Shown here in pieces: positions 41,114 to 53,439 of a stretch of 64,000 nt of DNA. The stretch lies in assembly GCF_009914755.1 (NCBI RefSeq), contig NC_060933.1, one strand, 5' to 3'. Position numbers and translations under genes: made by a program. Numbering within the stretch: the first letter of the stretch is position 1; each line of letters opens with the position of its first letter. The notes beneath the pieces were generated by a model. It did no database searches and was not told the DNA's origin. It worked only from the letters and a program-made list of their open reading frames with translations. The stretch is from the human T2T-CHM13v2.0 reference genome, Homo sapiens.

Positions 41114-41507
41114 TAATCTTGATGTCAAAAGTGCAAATATTTACAAGCAGAAATCTAAAGTCACTTGAGAAAATTTTTTAACATTTTAGGTAGTAAAAAT
41201 GTAACACTAAATTTTATGTATTAACCTGATGATCATGAAATTTATGAATTTGAAAATGTAGAAAACTATATGATATGAGTTAAAATTGAGCCACAAGACT
41301 TCTATGGTTTCAGTTCTGACACACAGAGCTTGGAAATTGTCACTTTTGTCTTTGAAACAAAGAAAATCTAGACAAACTGAAAATCAATAGCTTTTCTTAG
41401 ACCAAGCAGAGCATTGAGGGAGGGTAAACTGCCATCCCCAAATCCAGAGAGACAGGGGTACCTAGACAGATAAAGCTTACATCTGCTTGCCTGAAACAGA
41501 AGTCATT

Positions 41508-41945
41508 TGTTACCTGTTATATTTTATACTAGAAAAAGAGGTATATTGAAGTCCTAACTCCAAGTATCTGTGAAAATGGTATTATTTGGGAAGAGGATCT
41601 TTCCAAATATAATCAATTTAAGATGAAGTCATTAAGGTGAACCCTTAATCTGATATGACTGGATTATAAGAGAGAAGTAAATGACGTGAAAACACAGACA
41701 GAGGAAAGACGGTCATGTAACGATAGAGTCAGAGATTGCAGTCATGCTGCCCTAACCCAGTGGAATTCCTTGAGCTATCAAGATCTAGAAGAAGCAATGA
41801 TGGATCCTTTTCTAGAGGTTTCAGAGAGGGAGGATGAGCTGCCAACACCTTTATTTCAGCCTTCTACTCTCCAGAACCGTGACAGAACAAATTTCCATTG
41901 TCACATAATTTATGGCAGTGTCAAGGCAGCCTTAGAAACACATAA
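41508..41945 (+). mobile_element. MLT1 (C/D-like) MaLR LTR
   Basis: gaagtcctaactcc...ttaagatgaagtcatta...ctccagaaccgtgacagaacaaatttcc...ggcagccttagaaac. Confidence 0.75.
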
Positions 41946-42472
41946 ATGGCAATTTTGGCAAGTAGCTAGTGGCTGAGGGTAGACTAACATGCAAGTGAGG
42001 AACTTTGTGGAGTCAGTCTTAGGGGATCCCCTCACTGTTTTGGGCTTTAGCTTGAGGAGTCTGGGTCGAATTTAGAAAAAAATTCAAGTTTTTCTAAAAC
42101 TACAATTAAGCCCATAAAAGTTTGTACATTGTAAACTTATTTAAAAATTATGGAGGATAGCTTTGAGTTTCTCATTTTCTGTATTCATTATATGAGCACT
42201 CCTGATTCATTTAATTCAGTGTAAAATTCCAGGATTGCAGGAAAAGTATTTGGTACAGACGGCATCTTGTGAGGAGAATACTAGAAAGTTCTCACTGGGC
42301 TCTGGTAGCGAGAAAGAAACAGTAGTCATTGTGAAATACATCCAGAGCCTTGTTCATAACAAAGATCTACTCTTCAGGAGAAAAACTTTGCCAAATTCTT
42401 ATTCCAGCTGAAGGAAGGTGATTCCTCTCACTCCATCCTCATGTAAACATCCTGTCTCATCTAAAGCCTAGA

Positions 42473-42870
<398 letters not shown>

Positions 42871-43354
42871 CTACTCCACTGGAAAAACATTTGTGAAGAG
42901 TATAGTCCCAGGACACAGGGCCACTCAAAGACCAATTATTTAGAAAATAATAGCATGCCCTTCCCCCACACATACACCTCACTGAGACATCAGAAGGCTT
43001 CAGTATATTGTTAGATAACAGTTGAAAGGGATGGAAGGCAGTGACTCTCTCTGAGGAGTACTTGCAGAAGCCCAAAGTTTAGAAGAAAAGACAAAAGCAA
43101 AAACAGTAGAGGGATTGGAAGCCTCTGTGGCAACTTTGGCTACAACAAATATTAAACAGAGCTCACCTCTTAGAGTGAAAACATTCATCACATTAAAGTC
43201 CTCTTTACCTCCTTTTACCTGGTACGACATGTGGCTTTCAAGAAAATATTGCAAGGCATGACAAAAGGCAGTCATGACAAAGCCAAAACAGTATGGAGAG
43301 AAATAGCAATCATCAAGCTTCCAAAATTGATGAAAAGTAGACACAACTACATAT

Positions 43355-43616
43355 TGTCTACATTTCCATCTTTGATTCACCTATTTTGATGTTTTGTTGT
43401 CAAATACATAAATGTTTACAATAGCTATATCGCCTTGAATAATCAATTTCTGTATCATTTATAGTTCTGTTATTTATCCCTAATAAAACTCATTCTAAAA
43501 TGTGTTTGTCTGAAGTTAATATAGCTATTCTAGATTCCATTTGATTAATGTTAGCATGGTACAACTATCTGCATGATTTTCCTTTTAATCTACCAGTCTT
43601 TATATTTAAGTTGGTT
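43355..43616 (-). mobile_element. Inverted L1M ORF2 endonuclease-region fragment
   Basis: Reverse complement reads accatgctaacattaatcaaa...tagctatattaacttcagacaaa...aacatcaaaataggtgaatcaaa. Confidence 0.75.
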
Positions 43617-44005
43617 CAAAAGCCAAATGAAATGAAAAATAGAAAACTTCACCATTATAATTGGAAATTTCAACACCTCTCTGTCAGTAATTGATAGATG
43701 ATACAGGCAAAAAAAATCAATAAGGGTATAAATGATATGAATAGCACTATCAATCAACTTGGTACAATTGACATTTGTAGAATACTCCATCCAACAAAAG
43801 CCAAATACATATTTTTTTCAAACATTCATAAAACATAGCCTAATATAGAAACATTGTCAACCATAAACGCAGCTTAACACATTTAAAATAATTGAAGTAA
43901 TACATATTATGTTCTTAGACCACAATTGAATTAAACTACTAATAAATAAAAGATATCTCGGAAACCTCTAAATATTTGGAAGTTAAAACACATACTTAAA
44001 AAAAT
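43617..44005 (+). mobile_element. L1M ORF2 endonuclease-region fragment
   Basis: attataattggaaatttcaacacctctctgtcagtaattgatag (GDFNT motif region)...ttagaccacaattgaattaaacta. Confidence 0.8.
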
Positions 44006-44009
44006 AAAA

Positions 44010-45670
44010 ACTTCTAGGGTCAACTCCCATATGAAGAAGCTAAAAAGTCATTACTCTCATCCTTATAAGAAAAAGATGGAAAAAATGAAAATCAATGTAT
44101 TTTCTTGGAGCTATAGAAAGCTGTGCATGCAGAGCAAACTGTCACCCTGAAATCAAGCAAAACAGGCAAATCCAGAGTCACAGCTGAAATCTGCTTATTT
44201 GTACCAGTTGCAACCAGAGCCATGAACTGGTAAGAACACATAAATAGTAATTTTGATGAATAACTGGAGGCTTGAGTGTAGACCAGCTTGAGAATTGGAT
44301 ACTCTTGTGGGCCCACTATTTCATATGTTTTACATCCAGGAAACCTGTTAGGTTCTCAAGGTGGAGATCCAAAAAATTATTTCTGTGATCTGGCAGAGAT
44401 GGGAAAGATAATTCTTCTGAAATACACTCAAAGATTTCTCCACAGCAAATCCTTCTCTACTGGAGGGAAGGCTTTACTAGAGCCTGTCTCAGAGCCATCA
44501 GGGAGATACATTTCTCCCATTTCCAATGCCATCTAGACTTCCTATTTCACCCAAGATGGGGAGATTCTCTACAAGAAAAAATACTGGTGAAGGGCACAGG
44601 CCAGATAGGCAGACCCACTAAAACACTGAGATTTAATTCAAATATTATAAAATGCACACTCTCCCTCATATCTTATTGGACAACAAACAGGGATCCAGTT
44701 TAATAATAGTAGACCAGAGCTGAAAAAGCTGCAAGACACAGACTCTCTCTGAATGGCAATACACAGGGAAGTGCAAAGTCAAGAGAAGAGGACAAAAGGA
44801 CACTAGAAGAAATTGGAGTCCCTGGAACCTATAGCTGCAGCAAATATTAAACAAAGCCCACTCCCACCCATATTGATATAAATCTTACATATCTTGCACG
44901 AGATTCAAGAACCCTCTCTTGGGGTCTGGATCCAGACCCCTTTCCTGTATTGATATAAATCTTACATATCAGAGCCCTCTTTAGCTCAGTTCCTCATAAA
45001 ATTTATCTGACTTTTGACAAAAAAGGTATGAGGCACACCAAATGTCAAAACAAAAATAATAATCATTGTAACCTAACTCAGATGTAACATAGATGTTGAA
45101 ATTATCAGAGAAAATTCAAAACAACTATGACCAATATATTAAGTAGAAAACATAATAGACAACATACAAAAACAGTTGAGTAATGTAATAAAAGATGGAA
45201 ATTACAAGAAGACTCTAAATGAAATGATAGAAATAAGAAAAAAAAAACAAAAATAAAGAATGACTTCAATGGGGTTATGAGTGGAATCAGCATGGCCCAA
45301 GAAGTAGTGAGCAAGCTTGGAAACTTGTTAGTAAAATCAAGTTGAAATGCAAAGAGAAAAATGAAAAACAATTAAGATCTAAGTAATAGAGATAATTTTG
45401 AAAGATACAATGTTTACATTATTGGAATAGGAGAAGGAGAACAAAGATAACGAAGCAGAAGAAATATTTGGATATTTGAATAATTGGAAAAAAAGTTTCA
45501 AACTTAATAATAGACAGCAAATACCCCAAAAAAACTATACCTAAGCATATCATATTCAAATTGCAGAAAACTAAAAACAAATAAAAATGTTTAAAGAGGC
45601 CAGGAAATATATATTGATAGGAACAAGAAAAACACTTCACAAAAAACTTCATGAGAAATCATGCGACATT
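44010..45670 (+). mobile_element. Second old L1M 5' UTR/ORF1 relic
   Basis: The 5' block is similar to 41295+. ORF1-like A-rich tract (gaagaaatatttgga...cctaagcatatcatattcaaattgcagaaaac). Confidence 0.6.
44871..44970 (+). repeat. 58-bp inverted copy of the MER41A LTR end flanked by a perfect 23-bp direct repeat
   Basis: tattgatataaatcttacatatc at 44871-44893 and 44948-44970. 44892-44949 is the reverse complement of ~45953-46010 (2 mismatches). Confidence 0.95.
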
Positions 45671-45949
45671 CTATAAAACTGCTAACCAGTGCTTCTTAAA
45701 ATATGGACTGCCTCCTCAAGGCCACCAAGATCTGGGATGTGGGTGACGGTAGGGGAAGAATTTAAAACGCCACAATACTCTCTCATTGTAAGGCAGCATC
45801 TTGTTTTTCAACAAGCCTTCTCTTAGTTGTGTTTGACTAGATTTCAGGGTTCTACAAAAGCTGATTTTGACGGTTTTGCCAGTTCATTTGCTGCTTTTGT
45901 AGAGGCAGAACCCTGGAGTTTCCTATTTCTCCATTTTGGTTGGTATTCC

Positions 45950-46486
45950 TGTTACAGGAAAGGGGTCTGGATCCAGACTCCAAGAGAGGGTTCTTGAATC
46001 TCATGCAAGAAAGAATTTAGGGTGCGTCCACAGTGCAAAATGAAAGCAAGCGCATTAAGAAACTAAAGTAATAAAATAATGGCTACTCCATAGACAGGGC
46101 AGCCCTGTGGGCTGCTGGTTGCCCATTTTTATGGTTACTTCTTGATGATATGCTAAACAAGAGGTGGATTATTCATGTCTTCCCTTTTTAGACAACATAG
46201 AGTAACTTCCTGACATTTCCACGGCATTTATAAACTGTCATGGCATCGGTGGGAGTGTAGAAGTGAGGATGACCAGAGGTCACTCTCCTTGCCATTTTGG
46301 TTTTGGTAGGTTTTGGCTGGCTTATTTACTGCAACCTGTTTTTACCTGTATTTTGTGCTGATCGCCTTTCTCATCCTGTGACTTAGAATGCCTTAACTGT
46401 CTGGGAAGGCAGCCCAGTAGTTTTCAGCCTCATTTTACCCAGTTCCTATTTAAGATAGAGTTGCTCTGGTTTACATGCCTCTGACA
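45950..46486 (-). mobile_element. 3' LTR (MER41A-like)
   Basis: Minus strand TGTCAGAGGCATGTAAACCAGAGCAACTC...TTTCCTGTAACA. Preceded on the minus strand by a purine tract (46487-46500). Confidence 0.9.
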
Positions 46487-49400
46487 TTTCCCCCTTCCCT
46501 TTTATAAGAGAACCCTTAATCCTAAGGGTTGCAGAGGGACAAGGATCTACCTTCTGTAACTTCTTCAGGCTGGGTAGGGGCAATGATATTCCTGTCTAAT
46601 TATGAGGGTCTCTTGCATTCAGGGTAGAGAGGAGCTCAGTCAAAAACTATCAATATGGTAAGATCCATTCGCAACTCTTGAGTTTTGACAAAAGGTGATA
46701 CCTGCAAGATTCATAAGTGTTTAAGAAAACATTCAGTAAGCTTGTCCTGTATTCCTACACAAAGAGTATAATAGCAATGTATTCCACAAAAGTAAAGCAA
46801 AATAGGTAAAGCTATTCCAAGTAAAATAAATTAGAAGACTTTTCATGAACTGGGCAACTGTTGGGACTAAGCTGATATGGCATTGTTAGCTGATTGCAGT
46901 GTTCCCAGAATGAGAATACTGATCCAGATTTTCACATTATTCATTGCTTATGTTTCTTCTGAGCAACAGTCAGAGATCACTGGTTGGTTCACAGTAATAA
47001 AAAGGGTTAGCCTAAATTGCAGAAACAAACTTAGAAACAACTGATGAGACTAGACTCTAATAACAAGTATATGATAGTTTTTGAAACACAGTATTTCTCT
47101 CTCCAGTTTCCCGTTTTTACTAAAGACAAATCACAGTAAGACTGATTTGTTTTATTATACTTGGCCTAATTATTTGTATAAAGTGCAGCAAGAATAATTA
47201 TTTTTCACATAAGCTGTTTCTAAATTGGCTTTGATAGAATTCTGTTCCATAGATGGAATTTCAGATAAGACTTTTTTAAAGCTGAGCCCAGCCATGGGTT
47301 TGTACCCTCAAATACCTATGAGTTGGGTAAATTTCTTTCCTCTTGAGGTGCCAAGATAACTAGGGGCTCCTGGACCTGCAAGAAAGTGACATTCTTTACT
47401 TACCATAGATCAGAAACCCTGTACAGGGACTGTGTAGGCAAGGTATGAGGCCAGCTCCACAAAGGGCTTTTATTAGCTCTACAAGTTAAGTTTGATTTCT
47501 TAAAGGAAAGCACACCATTTCAGTCAAAGCCTTGGTAAAATAGCCAATTTATTCTACTGTGTCCTGTTACAAAAGAAAACAGATTCTAATTGTCCTTATG
47601 CAAATAACTATATTGCCATAAGTTAAGAATACTTACAACTAGTTTCCAAATTCTGGAGAAATCAGGTAGAGAGGAACAAATATGCTCCAAATTTCATTTA
47701 TAGGAGTATACTCAACTGTTAAAAGCTGTAAACAGCTCAAAAGAAAAGTTTCCTTGACTCTGAAAACCAAAACAAAGTATCAGCAATGTTTTAAGCAAAT
47801 TTTAAAAGATTACTTCAGTTTTTTACTGGTTCAATGAATTTAGTTAACTCCTGTTTTGCTTGATATTTATGAATATTTCAGTTCTCCATGAGAGTCCTGA
47901 AACTTTTTCCTCTATTCTGATGTTAAAATCTTTAAAGTTATCAGAAAAACCTGCATTTAAGAACACCTGCTAGAGTTCTATAATTGATTATAAACCACCT
48001 TCTAAAGAGTTCTATAATTGATTAAAACAAGGTAACAATTGTCTGTGGCTGACAAAACATTTTAGGGCAGCCACAGTCAAATAAATAATTGACAAGGAAA
48101 TTTGTTACCTCTGTGGCATACAATGATTTTATGTAATAATTATAATTATTACTGATAATGTACACCAAGTATATCAGAATTATAGGAGTTTCCCATAATT
48201 TTGGAATATATGCCAATAACACATTTATACAAATATGGCCCAAAGAAAACTAAACACCATTTTGTATTTGACAATGTATGATTTTTGTACCAAATAAGCC
48301 AAATGTCACTCTTGCTTTAGTGCATTATTGATGTCAAACCCAATTGTTAACAAAACTGTGTAAATAAATCTATCCAATCTCAATCAGTTTGACCATAAGG
48401 TAAGATTCTCATAAACCTTTATAATCATTTACAAGTTTTTGTTAAAGAGCAGATCATAAGCAGGTTTTTGCTCTAAGATAAATCTACTGTGCTTTTATTC
48501 CAATGTTTAATTTATAGAAAAACTGAATAATACCCCTTTAATCTAACCAATGTCCACACACAGAATCTCTTCTACAATTAATTTTTTACACATCTTCCAC
48601 AACTGTTCAAACCTTTAGGTTTATTCTCTCTAACTTAAAACAATTATTTAAACCTTTAGGCAAAAAAGTGCACATTCCTGTGCCTTATAATATTTTACCA
48701 AAAGTACATTCCACTTTCCTTACACACCTTACACATAAAACTGTTTCTTCAATAGTCTCAATTATGTGTTACAATGTTAACTTTTAGCAACTTTTACTTT
48801 TGGCAAAAACTCTGGTTAGCAAGCAATTCTAATTATATACTAGGTGTGGAGCCTAGCCTAGAACACACCAGGGAGAAGTGCAGATAAGGGCTGTCTTTCC
48901 AGCATAGCTGGGAGCGTGGCTAACTCCACATGTCCCCAGGCCTTACCTTACCTAAGCAGGCAAGTTGTACGGTAAGAGTCATAATGGCATTTAATGAAGC
49001 ATTTAGGAAGCCTAACAACCTTTGAATAGCGCAACATTTCTTGCATAAATTCCCGTTCACAAATCCTTTCACAACTTGCACAGACCATGTGAGACATTCA
49101 TGGACTTTCTGATTTGCCCTAAATGTCCCTTCTTTTAAACAACCAGTGATTTTACTTTAGGGCCAACATTTACCTTACAAGATCCTTTCTTATATAAAAT
49201 CTCTTTCTTTATAATCTTCTTGTATAGCCAGGGAGCATGGCTAATTCCACATGTCCCCAAGCCTTATCTAGAGGTAAATTGAATAATTTTTAAAAGTTAA
49301 AGATGCAGTTAATGACCTTAAAGCATTTAGCAAACAATATCTGACCCGCATCATTTACACTAAATGTTTTTATCAATAATTTTTAAAGATATTTTTATTT

Positions 49401-49928
49401 CCCAAAGATTACTAAAGTTACATGAACTAAAAGACATTACAGTTTTTATTTTGCTTTCAAAATATTTGATTTAAGCACTTATTTTTGTTTAAGCCAATTA
49501 ATTGGAGCTCTTTTATATAAACATTACATACAACACATACACAGTTACACAGGAAGACAGAAGATTACTACAGTAGTTATAAGATTTTTCATTTGCCAGT
49601 TTTTAAGTTTCTTAATTGGATTACTGTCTTTAGGGTGGAGCCCTTGGAAGAATAGCATCAGGAAAGGAGTCTCTGTGCCTCCTGTTTTTCCCAAGGAGTC
49701 CAGGCTGTTAGAGCTTGAATATCTGCTTTTCATTAAGCTGATTTTAACCACAGCACTCTTTAATAAAGTGCTTTTAGAATTTCTTACGCCAAACAGCCAA
49801 TATTTCTGGCTTTTGAACTCTACCAAAGGTAACCTCCCAGATGCTTAGAGAAAGGAAAATTTAAGGCAGTCCATGGAGGAGAAAAGAATAGGCAAGGTCA
49901 CACAGGTACTAACCCAGAAACGACTTAC

Positions 49929-50000
49929 TTCTTAAGTGGGGAAATGAACCCGAACTGCCACTGTGAAAGTACAAAACCATAGCTACTGAGCTACAGCATG
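49929..50000 (-). pseudogene. Degenerate tRNA-Glu(TTC)-like relic inside the ERV internal region
   Basis: Minus strand gtagctcagtagcta...ctttcac...cgggttcatttccc. A-box-like, anticodon-loop and B-box-like motifs are gaplessly colinear with recalled tRNA-Glu-TTC. The acceptor stem is not intact. Confidence 0.5.
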
Positions 50001-51490
50001 GGGCAGTCTCCATTTCCTTCCCCAGAAGGGGTCTAGAATAGTTAATTTGGAGCTTGCAAAGTCTTTTAACTAGTTAATATGATTTTTAGAGCTAACTATG
50101 ACATGAACCCTAAAATTCCGGTTTCCTAGAAGGCAGAGACCAAGAAAGTGTACCGCCACATGGTTAAAAGGTCAAGCTCCCAAGGACATAAAACAAGGTG
50201 GATACTTCATGCAAATTTTTTGTTTGTTTCATGGACCTGCAGCCAAGTTTGTTGCTGACCAGCTGGCTGGGTCATCTTAAAAAGTGGGCTTACAGGTGTT
50301 CTAGGCCCATGTTTTATTCTGAAGTACCCCTTGACACAGAAAAACAAATTCACAGCACAAAATACACAAGCTTAAGACCAGCCTTAGAATTCTTTTTCGC
50401 ATTAATCAAACTTTGCAGAGGAGATAAACACTGACTTTTTTAACCATTCATTCAACCATATGCAGAGAGAGAGACAAGCCAGGAATCTGACTGGTAAGAA
50501 ATTCTTACCCTTTTGCCAGCATGCCAGGCTTCGGGGTTCCCTTTCCCTGAGCAGCCCTAGTGATCTGGCTTGTGGCACCATTGCTCTGGGGGCCAAGCAA
50601 CATCATAAAGGAAAATAATTTTTTTTTTGTTCTGGCCAGAGAAAAATATGTGTGATAAAATGCAGATATTAACCAGTCTGCTTAGAATCCAATATCAAAC
50701 TGGTAAGGATTAAATTTGCCCCCAGATGGGCCCCATCATCTTTCTAATCCAACCTCCGACTTGGAGTTTCAACACATGATCTCTAGGCAAGATGGTTGAC
50801 CCGAGTAGCAAAAAAGATAGGAAAAGGAAATGAGAGAAAGAAAGTATTGCCTGTGGCAGGGTGGGGAAGGTGAAGAGCTTAGGGAGGCCAGAGAAAAGAC
50901 CCACTCATTGCAGCCGACAATGAAAAGTTCAAGAGGCCACTTGTTGGTAGCAAAGGGATCTTGTCCAGTAGTCCGATCAGCTCTCAAGTTTCCCCTTTTA
51001 GTGAGGAAAAAACTCCCCATGTCCTGCGATCCTGTATACACCTAACCCTGTCACCCACAGACATCAGCAGAGTACAGGGCAGATTAATCCAAAGAGAATA
51101 GCGGTTAACATCCCATAGAGACGAACCTGTTCTTAGCTGAGGGACTTTACTGAGGGGGGCTCTAACCCCCTAAATCTTAGAAGGGACTCTAACTCCTCCA
51201 TCTTAGCTGGGCCTCTAACTCAAACCTATTCTTTACCCTGGTACCCCACCACTTACCCAAAGTCATCCAGTCAGTGCTGCAGTCTACTTCCTTTGGGTCG
51301 GGAGGGGTCTCCTCAGTATTGTTCTTTTTGTGGTTCACAAGAAAATTGTTACCAGACCTCACCACTTACCCAAAGTTAGCCTTTGGGTCGGGGGCTTCTG
51401 CAGTATAGTCACTTCTGTCGTCGCCAGAAATATGTTACAGGACCCCAACACTTACCCAAATAGCTGTTGGGTCAGGGTTTCTGCACTATA

Positions 51491-51508
51491 GTCCCTTTAT
51501 GGTTGCCA
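51491..51508 (-). promoter_or_regulatory. Primer-binding site, tRNA-Arg-like
   Basis: Minus strand TGGCAACCATAAAGGGAC, 6 nt downstream of the 5' LTR. Close to TGGCGACCACGAAGGGAC (complement of a tRNA-Arg 3' end, from recall), with CpG-type decay. Confidence 0.7.
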
Positions 51509-51514
51509 GAAATA

Positions 51515-52040
51515 TGTTACAGGAAAGGGGTCCAGATCCAGATCCCAAGAGAGGGTTCTTGGATCTCATGCAAGAAAGAATTTAGGGTGAGTCCGCAGTG
51601 CAAAGTGGAAGCAAGTTTATTAAGAAAGTAAAGGAATAAAAGAACGACTACTCCATAGGAATAGACAGAGCAGCCCTGAGGGCTGCTGTTTGCCCATTTT
51701 TATGGTTATTTCTTGATGATATGCTAAACAAGGGATAGACCATTCCTGTCTCCCCTGTTTAGACCATATAGTGTAACTTGCTGCAGTTGCCATGGCGTTG
51801 CTGCCAGTATAGCAGTGAGGACGACCAGAGGTCACTTTTGTCACCATTTTGATTTTGGTGCGTTTTGGCCAGCTCCTTTACTGCAAACTGTTTTGTCTGC
51901 AAGGTCTTTATGACCTGTATTTTGTGCTGACCTCCTATCTCATCCTGTGCCTTAGAATGCCTTAACAGTCTGGGAATGCGGCCAGGTAGGTTTCAGCCCC
52001 ATTTTACCCAGCTCCTATTTAAGATGGAGTTGCTCTGACA
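51515..52040 (-). mobile_element. 5' LTR (MER41A-like)
   Basis: Homologous to 45950-46486. Has a 15-bp deletion near its start between ctctg microhomologies. Confidence 0.9.
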
Positions 52041-52353
52041 TTCCTATCTCAGAAAATTTTGCCTAACCCGAGAAGCTTTCAATACCTTTGCAGAATGCAT
52101 GAACAAATTAACAGTTTCTCAAGGTACATGTGTAAAGTAAATTGCCACAATTACCAAAGTATACTTAGTATAGAGGGAATAATAAAAATTTCAAAACATG
52201 AAAGAAAAAAGTTCTAGAAATAAAAGTACTTTTTTTGTTGTAGTTTCTGTCCATATTTTATATTTAAAAAGATCCTATTCCAGTTCAACACTCACAAAAC
52301 TTCTATCTTCCCTTATGTATTCATAAGAAAAACCACAAAATAATTTGAACCAC

Positions 52354-52379
52354 TGCACACACAAGCACGCACACACAAG

Positions 52380-52418
<39 letters not shown>
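52354..52418. repeat. (CG)n(CA)n compound microsatellite (alternating purine-pyrimidine)
   Basis: gcgcgcgcgcacacacac... seen directly. Confidence 0.95.
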
Positions 52419-52420
<2 letters not shown>

Positions 52421-53126
52421 CAATCTCCAATAGGAAAGAAGAATGCCGGCATATACAAAACTTTGTTTAACAGTTAAGCGTGATGAACAAGATTTCCTTT
52501 TCCCTTGGATCTTTATCTTAATACAATTAATTCTCATTATTGGGGGATTCCATATTTGTAAAGTCACCTAATCAATAAAATGTATTTGTAACCTCCACAG
52601 CTATTTGAAGACATGCTCAGAGTGGGGGTAAATTTGAGTCATTCTATGCACACCTTCCCAGAGGAGGTTGACAAGGCAACACTTGCCTTTTTGTTTGAGC
52701 TCTCCCATTGTAATTATGTGTCCTTTCGGTAGTCTATTCAGTGTCATGTTTTCACATTTTTGTGCTTTTTGTTGGTGATTTTGCTGTTTACAGTGGCACC
52801 AAAGGATAGTGCTGAAGTGTTGTCCGGTGTTCCTGGCACAAGAAGGATGCGATGTGCTTTGCAGAGCAGACACGTGTACTCGATAAGCTTTGTTCAGGCA
52901 TGAGTTATAGTGCTATGGTCTGCGCATTCAATGCTAATGCATCAACACTGTGGTACAAACAGAGACAGGAAGAGGAAATTTGCCAATATGTATGTGAGAT
53001 TGCCTAAAATGTGCTGAAATAACACCTACAGTATGTGGCGAATTATGGAAAATATTAAAAAGTGGCTAAATGTGTAGATGCATGAGATGATGAGATAGTG
53101 AGATTTTTTTTTAAAAAAAAGCATAT

Positions 53127-53318
53127 TTGGACAGCATTATTGTGAGGCTGAAAGCCAAAATAATTCATGGTCACATTACCCAGAGTCAGGAAAATAGTAA
53201 ACCTTTCTCTACTAGGGAAGGATGGCTTACATGTTTCAAACGGCGATATGATATGAAAAATGTTAAACTTACAAGTGAGGCAGGTTCTGCAGATCAGGAA
53301 ACTGCAGAGAATTTTTAA
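53127..53318 (+). pseudogene. Dead Tigger/pogo transposase fragment (CENP-B-type HTH region)
   Basis: Translation FSTREGWLTCFKRRY...SEAGSADQETA matches the pogo/Tigger F-x-AS-x-GWL-xx-FK-x-R...GE-xx-SAD motif. Flanked by stops. Confidence 0.8.
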
Positions 53319-53439
53319 TACCTGTTTGGTGTTATACAGGAAGAGGGTTTTGGGGAAGAGAAGCCCAGCTTGTTTTACAAGGATGTTGGCAACCAAACCA
53401 ATATAATGCAAATGGTGTTTCAGCTGACAAAAATGTTGT

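Larger units (their letters stand above)
45950..52040 (-). mobile_element. Complete two-LTR non-autonomous ERV1 provirus: MER41A LTRs with MER41/MER4-group internal region
   Basis: Homologous LTRs at 45950-46486 and 51515-52040 and a 4-bp TSD ttcc (45946-49, 52041-44). A PPT lies next to the left LTR and a PBS next to the right LTR. No gag/pol/env ORF. Confidence 0.9.

Noticed and set aside
46487-51240. Possible gag/pol/env genes in the provirus
   Set aside because: No ORF above ~95 aa and no recognisable retroviral motifs in the track. This fits a non-autonomous MER4-group interior.
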